From Botryllus schlosseri (taxonomy: Eukaryota), in contig CM119379.1 of assembly GCA_051294905.1 (NCBI GenBank), positions 17,360,001 through 17,424,000 of the forward strand: a stretch of DNA of 64,000 bases, read 5' to 3'. Shown piece after piece: positions 1 through 10,900 of the stretch (within the stretch, counting starts at the first letter, position 1; every line of letters begins with the position of its first letter). The notes below the pieces were generated by a model. It worked only from the letters and a program-made list of their open reading frames with translations, ran no database searches and was not told the DNA's origin. Made by a program: the position numbers and the translations under genes.

Positions 1-19
1 GTACACCATGTTCACTCAC

Positions 20-3000
20 CGAGATTCATTGACGGCGACAGCGGCTGCATCTCCAAATGAGACAGCTGAGATTCTGCGTCCTTGTGCAGGTCGGCCGACT
101 TTGCCGCGTTTTGCTTCGGAGCGTGCACCAAGAAGAAGGCTTCCACGGTGGGCTAGTCGTGAAAAAAAAAGTGGGTCGACACCGGTCTTATCAAAAAGAA
201 CAAGCTCGAGTCGATTACCTGCAACACCAGCACGGCGTGCGGATCGTTGCTGTCCTCCAGCTGCTTCAAACACTTTCCTAGATTGTCCCATAACTCCTCC
301 AGCTGCAGCTTTTCGCACAAGCTCCTCGGATCTGGAAAACGGACGGAAACTTGGGAAATAATCGTCGTGTGTCACATTCAAATTGGCGTGATTTGAAGAA
401 ATGACACGCATTGAATTCAATCGCTCGAGTCAATATAGACAGCGGTTCGGTGACCACGCAACACAAAATCTCACCTTCTTCCTCTACCAGCTCGTTCTTG
501 CCGTCACTTTCACTTTCAGTTGCGGTTGATCGTGAAGGCCGCGATGCCGGGTCCGCGTCATACCCACTTGACTCCAGGATGGTGGCAAGCGCGTTTTCCC
601 CAGCCTCGTGATCCTCGCGAGATATCCTCACAAACGGCAGTCCGGCGTTTCCTAAACATACCTTTCCATTAGCGTGAGAATTTCATTTTCCTTCAATTGA
701 TTCGTAAATTCGGAACAGATCAGCGGCCTACAGCTCGTTTGATCAGCTGTATGCGAAAACGTAGAGAATTGAAACATGAAGTTTAGAGTTAATTTGGAAA
801 TTCGGAACATAGTTTCTGCGTCGCGTCATAGAATCGAGATCCTGGTTTGCTATGAAGGTTCCGTACTGCAAAATGCCGCAAGTGTTGTGTCGAGCTGATG
901 GAAGTAACCTACAACTTTAAGCAGTTATATGCCGAAATTTTCAATTGATCTGGAAATTCGAAACGTATTTTTCAGCATCGTGACGTAATATCGAGTTCAC
1001 GGGTATAATTAGAACCACTCTTTGCATACGTCGAAATGCTGCAAGAGTCGTGCAAAACAGTTTAAAAGTAGCACACAAATTGTTCGACCAGTTACATGCG
1101 TAAGCTGAGAAGACAATCGAAACAATAAAGTATCTCATCGTGTTGCGGAAATTTCAAAAAACCACCTACAACGCATTATCAAAAAGGCAGCATCAAAATT
1201 CTTGTTACTGAAATTTCCAATATTCGCTTTACAGTAGCATACATTCGCCTCGATTACACATCAGGTTAATTTTGATTCATCAAGGTTACACAGTTCTGCA
1301 AAATCTATTTTGAAATTCCGATGGTCCCCACGCTAATCAAGGTTGCGAGCCACCGAGACAGAATCTCTCACCGAAAACGCGTGCGGGCCATCCGCGGCCC
1401 TGAACTCCCATCGATCTCCTCCCGCCTGTTGTGCGCTTGTCTTCCTTCTTGCTAGAGCGTAGCTGGATGATCACTTTCAAGATGCGGAGGAAAAACGCCT
1501 GCGACGACGACAAGAGATGTTTGTAATCGGCACGGACAGTCACGGCAGTCAGCGTTGCTACGCAAGCAGATGTAATAGTCATTCTGTAAATTTCTACCCG
1601 AATACAAGTTGAAACAGCGATTTTCGATATGTGTCAAAACTGCTTCATGCGGAAGTAGTACATGTAAGGTTCTGAGTAGTTTCAAAAAAAATATTTAGTG
1701 ACTAAACAAATAACGAAACCAAAAATAAGTACAATTTTCGTAAATAAAGCAGCGGTTGCTGTGACGGTTGCTATTCGACCGGGCTCTTACGGCTATTTGA
1801 CACACACGAGTGATGCACGAAAAAGTACTTTCATCTTTTCAAAATCCATCTGTAAAGAGTAGTTTTGCCAAAAAACCTGTTCCAGCAGAAGTGGTAGTAC
1901 TCCAAAAACGTTACTGCTCGAGTAATTAATACAAGTCAGCAAAACCGACGGAGTGCTTTGAGCAAGCGGAAGTGCTACCAAACGGGTTATCGACGACCTA
2001 TGCCGTTTCTTTGTTGTAGAGATGTTTTCGACGGGATTGTCAAAAATCACAGACGAATATCGGCTGTCAAACGATGCCGCAAAAAATTTTGTAATTCAAT
2101 CGCTCGCGTCGGAAAGCAGACCTGATTCGAAGTCTTGCTGGTGAGGTCCTGCATGACGGGCAGCTGGAGATCACGTCCGACCGATATCACTTTCTCCTTA
2201 CCGGAAGGCTGCGACACGGCGAGAGGATCCGTCCTAAACCGGAAACGCGTATTGAAGAGACAACGCTATGCTACGCGATTGCATGTGGGAAAGGTTGGAA
2301 TTGCCATCATTGCCTTCCACTGTCCAAAAATGCATGTTATGCGTGCGTGTGCGTGCCTTTTCGTGGGGGGTCGTAGTGTGAAGACTCGGGATGGGCACAA
2401 CAATTCGAGCACTCGAATCCGAGTCAAATAATAAGAGTCGGTTTTGCCTAGCGCTTCGCCAACTAGAGAACATACGCTTCACATCGAGGATAACGTTGCA
2501 ATGTCTGTCACAATAGAAGGAGTTGCCTTGTTCTGCACGAATTCTTGGCAACATCCATACCTAGAATTTCCAGCATTGTTAAATCTTAAAAGCCCCATTG
2601 ACTCGCAGGAGATTCATGATACTATTCGTACTCGGTTCAATGCTAACAAACAGCAATCATATAACGATCATACAACGACACCGAAACACGTATGATAGCC
2701 ATCAATCGGTAAATGATGGTCGACATTCTCACCTCTTGTTCGTTGCTGAAGAGCTGCTAGCCGAGATGCCAGACGTGCTGGTTTCAGGCCCAGGCGGAGA
2801 AGCCGCATCCAGCACCATGTCCTCGACGAGATGCTTCGACATTTGCTCCGACAATTCGACGACCTGCGCGCACAGCTTGTGGCCTATCTCTTGAGCGCCT
2901 GCGACAAACACGAAAATTGGAGCAAACTGTAGGACCTACGCATTTAGTGATGCCGCAGCCCTTTGTAGCAATGGTCCTGACCGCCAGCCCTTGCACCGAT

Positions 3001-6000
3001 GCAGGTCTGCTAAATATCTATATCAATTTCATCCCCAATTGCAAAATGTTAAGACTGTTTATATAGAGTGATTTTGAATTCTCTACTAGTCGCTGACCAT
3101 AGGCGCCGACTTTTATTTTTTTTACGAGGTGGCGAAGTCTTGTGACGTCATAATTGTTCCATATCGATGACGTCATTGTCGCACGCAAACGTAATTTACT
3201 ACATGCCGCTGGTGTACGTGCAGAGCTGAACCATTCGCGTGACGTCTAAATATCGGCCTTGCACTCATTAATATCAAACCATGCAGTCGAGTTATTAACT
3301 GGAATCTTAAAACGGTACGATCATTTGAAGTGTAACTGCGGCCAGCGCTACCAGTCCGTCCGACTGAATCTGCAGTCACATCAATGTTATTCACGCGCAA
3401 TGTCCAGTGTGACTAATGAAATACACTACGCACTGGCCTTGCAAGTAACACACAAAAACTCTCGAATACTTCGAGCAGACAATAATGATGATTACAAACG
3501 CGAAATCGCGCAGCCAATCAGTAATTGTCTCTTGCGGTTTCTTGCTTCGCGTAGACCAACTCGCATCGCGGCAATTGTTTGATGATTAAAACATTGGTGC
3601 ATTTCCCGATTTAAGTTCGCGAAGCGTTTCGGGAGTACATCGGTCAATTCGTAAATTCAATTTGCATGTCGACAGCCGCCAACGCATACTAATTGAATTA
3701 CGTGTTGACGGCCGCACAAATTTCGTTCTACGGCCGCGTGTTGGCCACTCTTGGGCTAGAATTAATTCCACTTCCGGACGCATGCCGCGATCTTACCAAT
3801 AGAAATCCACTGTCTATCTAATGCCTAATAGTTTAATATTTAGTAATGTTGTTCTCGATACGAGTACATCCAGCAATCAAGTTTATCGGAATGTAAAAGG
3901 TTCCCTGTTCAAACGAATCGAATAAAATCAGAATTTGTGCCACCCATAATCTTGTGCTGCATCACGATAATAATGAAAGGAACACTGAAAAATGACTTTT
4001 TCGGAGTACGAATGTATCAAACAGATAACAAGAAATATAGATGATGGTAAATGAGAAAGCATGTAATCTAATCAGTATCGCCACAATCGGTTTTGAGTGT
4101 GACACCGTATTGAGTAGTTTTCGTCACAACAATTGTTTTCTCATTATATCGGTGTTTAAGCTGTATTGCTGCATTTCCCGATTAATTTCACGGGCAAAGC
4201 CTTGTTAAAGAAACGAATCTGCGCAGAAATGAATTCCAATTTGCAGGCACACACCAACCCACCCTCCAATTTCGCGCTCCGATTACCGATCACGAAGCTA
4301 GCTAGCTCATGAATGGTTTTGTAAACGAATATGGGTGCACATAATTTAGATTTCAGAAAACCAGAACGCATATTTGGGCACCTGGTAGGCAGAGGAGATC
4401 TAGGATGGTGCTTCTCAGCACACGCTAGGCGCGTAGCCAGTCGAAAAATTAGGGGGATTTGTATTTTTTTCAAATTTACCAATATAGCATCAATTCCATT
4501 CGGGTCAAGTACATGTGTAAATGGCGATCATATAATCTCTTCGTATCGACGATTTTAGGCGTATGATAAGCTTGCCAAAGAGTCCGGGAGTGCTGTCAAT
4601 TAGCGAGTCAGTGATCTCTGGTGAACAATTAAATACGCGCGCGTATTACGCAGTGTCGGCTACAGTTTTCGCAAACTAAATGCCCGAACTTGATTGCACC
4701 GATTTCAAACCTTTGTCGTATTTCAGAACTTGAGACATGATACACATCTTATGGTCGTTACGTTCAAGTATTAGCGGGAATCAATTTCGCACGTTAAAGT
4801 CTGTTTGCAGCGATTTGATGTTATTCAGTTTCGCGATGTCGCTTTTTAATCAATATGACATAAAACAATCACTAATTAGCGTAAACTCGACCGTATTGTC
4901 TCAAAACCAGCGAGAGATAGGAACCAAAGCATGCTAGGCCCGAGACGCGATAGTTAGGCCATAGGCCAGCAATGATATCTGTCACTCCAAGCCTGTAGCA
5001 GATGCTGTTGTGTAGGCCAGCGATGATATCGTGTACACCAGGCCGAAGCCGCCAATGCCTATTCGATTGCACAGTTAAGCGATGATATAGTGTGTACTGG
5101 GCCTACTGCAGATGCGATTGTTGAAGCCTGCGTCACCAGGCTTCATCGAGATGCGATAAATCAGGCTGGTTAGGATTGGCACGCGCACGGGAATGAATGA
5201 CCTAATTTCGCGACCATCTCAGCGGGAGATCATCACAGATTCTTCTCGCTAATTCACAACACGTTTCTCGCAAATCCGCCGCGCGGAACACTGATTACAC
5301 AATTATTGAATTGCAACTGAATATTTGAGTTAGAATGATCATTTCAAAATGACGGGGTTTCGCGTTTCAAATAGGGAAGTTAGACTTCCGAAACCCCCGT
5401 CGCCACGACGTCTTTAACAAGGTCGCATCGATTCGCCTTATTACTGGTCACAAATCACTTGGGCGTTTGAGCATTTTGTACGGGGTGGCCGCCTATGTCG
5501 CTGACGATTATCTCTGTTTTGTCCTTATTTTGAGGGAGAAAAACTACACTGTCCTTATTATTTTCGTGTCAAGTGATGACCTCATACTAGGATGGCTATA
5601 ATCATGGCTGGTCGAGAGCGATGGCTTTTCCTATATTTTTCAGCATAAATTCGGCGGATGGGCAATAGAGAATAAAGGGCTCGTAAATTACATTCCCGCC
5701 TACCTTGCAGCAGCAGCCTGACGATAATCGGCCGCAAGTTGACCTGGGTCTTGGAAAGGTGGAAGAGTAGCGTGGTGGCGTGCTCGAGTCCATCCTCGGA
5801 GCAGGCGTGGCTGGTGAGGATCTGCACGGCGAGTTCCAGCTCGCGTTCCAGCGGTACGCTGGCTTTGTTTTTTTTCAAGAAATACGACGCAAAAGATATC
5901 GAGCCCTGGCTTCGCGTCGAACCTGAAACGCAAAGACAGGATAAGTTGTCGTCGGTAGCCAAAATTTCAAAAGGTAAGTCCTAAATTTGTGCCAGTACGC

Positions 6001-7949
6001 AGAGTATCTGAAGATTTGACAGAACATTGAAACCCCAAAAATGCCTCCAAATCTCTAACTCCCGATCTAGGATATTTTATATACGCCAGAAGCTGTCAAA
6101 GCAGTCAGCGTTGCTATTCAAATACAAGTAGCCATGTAAATCTCTACCATGTACGGTCTAAGTAGAAGTACCATTTAATAGCACCATACACATGCCCATT
6201 CCAAGACACCTAAAACTACTTCAAGATTAAGTAAAAAACTATTGAACTGCTCAAGTAACTAGTTTAGACAACGTAGTTCTGGTTGAGGGGGCCCGCACAC
6301 TTTTAAAAGTTAATCGGAGGTGCTACTTTGAAACAGCAAGGCTTATCTTTGAGACTAACGCAAAAAGACGACACTACAAACAATTTCGCCCAGTTTTCAC
6401 GACCACTGCACTCGTGGTATAAGTGAAACAAACTCATGCTGAAACTACTTTCTGCTTTACAAAATCCATATTGCAGTAAATAAAGTATTTTATCAATGAC
6501 TACCCCTGGTATTCACATATTGACAATGGCGATGGCAAGAAACTCAAAAACGAAATTTGTAAAATCGTGATGCTCGATCTTCGAGACAAATATGGGCTTC
6601 AGCCCGTCAATATAACTATCGGCCACTACAATATAACGATCGAAAACACTCTAATGCGAGGCACATCAAGTGTGGACTCGTCCTGTAGTCTCACCGATAA
6701 GAGCGCAATTCTCTAATCAGTGTTCGTCAAATCATATGCGACAACTACGCCCGTCATTCGAGGTGTAAGTTCCAAAAGTCCGCACTCACCTGTGGTGGCT
6801 GTCTTGGTATCCATCACAGCCTGGCCGACAGTGCTGGTGTTGCTTGTACTGGCACGCGCGCCCATGGTAGCGGTTTGCTCCTTTTCGTTCGGCGTGGAAG
6901 CCGAATCACTTCTCAACGAAAGGGGTTGATTAGTGCATATAAGGTTACGAGTCCGCAAGTTGAAAAAAATTCAGTCTCAATAACGATGATAGGATATAAC
7001 CGCTGAAAATCAATGCTAACGCTGATAATTTCTAGTTTGGCGTTTCCAGACAGTATCACATTTGGCTACCTCCGTCTTTTACACCACTTTCGACATTGTA
7101 GTTTTGTCACTAAATCAACATCGTAAATCCATATCCGTGGAAGTGGCATCAGCTATATGTCAATTGGGCAGACTTCCTCAACTTGGTTCAGTTTAGTGGA
7201 GGCGAGTTGACTTAATTTTTCTCTGCGCCTCAACAAATACAATAACATAACACTACTGTAAAAACTTCGTTTCAACAAATATTTCCAGCAACTTTTGAGT
7301 CCGTAAATACAAATTGCATCTTAAAGTACATTGAACGCTCTCTTATTTCAAATTTGATGCTGGTGACGTCATATTTTGTGATACGATTGTTGATACAGAA
7401 TGTTGTTTCAAATTCTCTACCAGTTGCTGACAATTACCCCCGACGAGTGTCAGCAGAAAATATTTGGGCTCATTTCAGTATGAATATATTATGCAATTGT
7501 ATACTGAAGTTCTGTAACTCCAGGAAGCTCTTCAAATTGCATTCTTTATTCCTTAGATTCGATATATCAAACATGTTTCATAAACAATTTGTTTTACTTT
7601 TATTGCAATATGTCCAATTAACGCAACCCAAAACATTTTCTCAGAGAGGACAATAAGAAAATTTAGGGAACCCCTGGTCCAAACGTAAGAAGAAAATATA
7701 CGTACTCCTTTTTATCGCTGTCGTCTTTCTGGCTGTCGGAATTTTTCGTGTCCGGGTTCGTTTCGCCCACAGATTTCGCGGGCGACGGCAGATGCACCGA
7801 GATCTGGGCCAGCAGACGCAACAAGCGATCGGTCAGTGGCTGGCTTCTCTTGATGACCGGATGGGTGAGCATCCTCATGAGCTCGCCCATGCACGTCAGC
7901 TCGATGTCGCGGCTCGCCAGTTCTTGAACCCTCTTCTCGTCAGCCGCGT
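20..7949 (-). CDS. HUWE1: HUWE1 C-terminal ARM and pre-HECT exons, including the activation segment and PIP box
   Basis: [69 protein letters not shown]|[48 protein letters not shown]|[11 protein letters not shown]. Confidence 0.94.
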
Positions 7950-10900
7950 CTTAAGGCAAAATTCGATACCACAAATTGTGAATTAGATAATTCTAATACA
8001 ATCGTCCATTTCAAGGTGCACGGAACAGGGCAGAAAAATATGCATCGATTTCACGATCCTACTATTAACAAGCAATTTCGCCTATTCATTACGGTTGTGA
8101 ATAGCGCTGGGCAAAATGAGATCACAATCAAGATAAATTGCAATATTTTAGACTATACCACTTTGTGTCAATGCTGCAGGTTGATCATGACTTCACAGAA
8201 ATTACGTTTCCACCCGATTGCATGCATAGCTTTGCGTTGCATGTTTCGTACGCTGTGATACGACCTATCGTGGTTTAAAGGCTTCCTCGGCGGGCGAGAA
8301 TAGCAAAGAAACTACAATTATCGTACAATTAATACACTCGATTCAGATTACAGTGATCAGCATTCATCCTTTAGCAGACCACGGTATTTCTAGAGAAGAG
8401 AACCTTTTATCCCATATACTTGATGTAGTTCGTCACACGACGTGAAATACTCAAAATCACTCACTCTTTTTCGGGAGCTCAGACGAGAAGGACAGCGAGT
8501 CCAATCGCAGCAGAATATCCCAAAAATCGGTCTCGACCCTTCTCTCCGCCCCGGCGTCTCTCACCGGTCCCAGCCGCTGTCCCACAAAGTGCTGCGGAAA
8601 AAACTTGGCCAGCATATGCAGAGTGTCCACCACGTGCCTGCACACGACGGGCGACGCCTGCGGATGAACGTAGACCCGGCAGTCCGCGCCACGTTTCTTT
8701 TTTGCGCCGCCCCGGCCGGGCGCCGCGACCCGGAATATCCCGGTCCTCGAGCCCAACGCCGCGTCCAATTTAATCGAAAGCCAAGACAGATTCCTGGACT
8801 CTGACAAGGCCGTCACCGGCTGCGTCTTCACTATTGCGCCAGGCTTCTGCTTGACCAGCGGGGTGGTCCGGTAGTCCATAGCGTCGTCCACGGCATTGTC
8901 GTTGTCGCGAGTCTCACGCGAGTGCTGCAGTATCGCCACCAAAGTCCCGACAAGCCAATGCCTGGTCGGGACATGAAAGCATATATTACGCAACACCCTA
9001 TGCAGCCTGGACAGGTTTAATTTCGGCTCGCCCACAAAAAGCAACAGCAGCAGACACGCTAACGAGTCGTGACTCAACAGCTGTCGGACCTGGACTTTGA
9101 CAGGCTGTGCACCGTGTTGCTTAGCCCTGGCCTCGCGTAAGTCACCCCACACCGTCCCGGTGGGCAACCGAAATCCGGACGACATGTTCAGCCTGTTCAA
9201 CTGGTGGCGTCCAGCCAGTAACCTCTCTTGCATGTACCTGCCCTGGCGACGTCTCAGTGTCTCACGGTGTTCCTGGGCCTCCGCGGCCAGGTCGGCTGGC
9301 AGGACCGCTATCAGCGAGTCGTCCATCTCGGCCAGCACAGACTGTCTGAGTGTGCTGGGTAGGGTTTGGATGAAAAGGGTGGGGTCCACGGGCTCGGCGG
9401 CCGAAGTGGTCTCTTGCTGCGCTCGGGCCTACGAAGAAAAGTGTCGTCATTGGTCTTGTTCATTGTTGTTGATAACGGTGTTTTAGAAATAGAATACTTG
9501 GCGACTCGAAATTTGACTAAAAAATTAGTCTCCGAGTCACGAGTCAAATCGAATGGTTAGGGCAGTACAAACTTGACCCACTAATTCTTGGTGACTAATT
9601 AAATTACTTGGAGCAAAATGGCGGTAATCTAACTATAATCTAATTTGTGAAATGTTTCTATGCTGTATGTTTAGTTCTAATCTAATTACTGGAATTCTTG
9701 TAAACGCTACATGGGAACTGTTAATTGCGAAACGAGCCAGCCGAGCTTCCTGTACATAGATTTTCTACTCTCACGAGACTGAGCTATGATAGGATATGGA
9801 CTGAAATTTATTCACTGTCCAAATTTTCAGGAATTCAGTAATTTTATTTCTGCTCCACTTTAGAAAAAACTATGCGCAGCTACAATTCTAATTCTACTCT
9901 AATGTAGGAAAAAAAACGGTAGCTACGGTTCTAATTGTAATCAATTTTGAAAAGCTAAAAAATTTTCTACTCGAGCAGTGGCAAAAGCCAAGTCAAGTCG
10001 TTCGGAACACGCGACTCGAGGCAAGACATCCGCTCACCCGTTCAGCGCGCTCCTGCGCCAAAACCTCCTGCTGTATCGAGGGAGGCAACGCCGCCAAAAA
10101 CTCGGGGCTGACACCGCTCGCCTGACTGTCGGAATTGCCGGTCCTGCGCGCACCTTGCCGGCTGAGTTGCTCCCTGAAATAGTAGGGCAAAATGCAGATA
10201 CACGACGCGGTCCCCGACAGCAAGTGCCTCAACGCCGGGCGTCCCACGCACCCAGATGTGGACAGTAGCGAAGTGGCCTACTTCTGCTTTATCTGAGTAT
10301 GTACTCTCCGTGCACTCGAGTGGGTTTTGCCAACTCGCACTATTGACTCACTGGTTATGTTTTTCACGCTAGTTCCACTTCTGCATAACAGGTTATTAGG
10401 CAAAATCACTATTACACTTTGGGCTTCGCAAAGTAAAAATAGTTTTAAGATATGCCCTCGGCGCTTTTACGAGTGAAATTGCCTGACAACTATGATGCGG
10501 TGTGTGAATATATTTTCGAAAATCACACCTATTTGTAAAGTCATTGATCATATTCGTTCACCGACTACATCTACTTTTCAAACATAGCTACTTGAGTACT
10601 TTTCGTACATTCATTTCCTGCTTGTACTCCATGTCTCAGTTTTACTTCTACTTGAGTAGCAACGCTGACTGCTTCGAACGATCCCGCACGTACCTGATCA
10701 CTTCCTGCCTGATGTCGTCTGGCAAAGCGGCCAAAAAAGACGGGTCCACCCCCTCGAACTCGTTCACGGGTTCGACCGTCGCGTCCGACTGCGTCTGGCT
10801 CGCGGGTTCTGTCGAGAAAGTAGATTCGCACGTCTAGTGACGTCCACAGACTAGTTTAACTACAACTCATTCAACGCCTGCACGACGTGAAAGCTAAGAA

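Noticed and set aside
1499-1583. In-frame upstream extension of exon 1372-1498 ([11 protein letters not shown]...) suggested by the ORF track
   Set aside because: Exon 2122-2233 supplies the conserved [17 protein letters not shown] and splices in phase to the 1499 acceptor; the extension overlaps a transposon-end motif.
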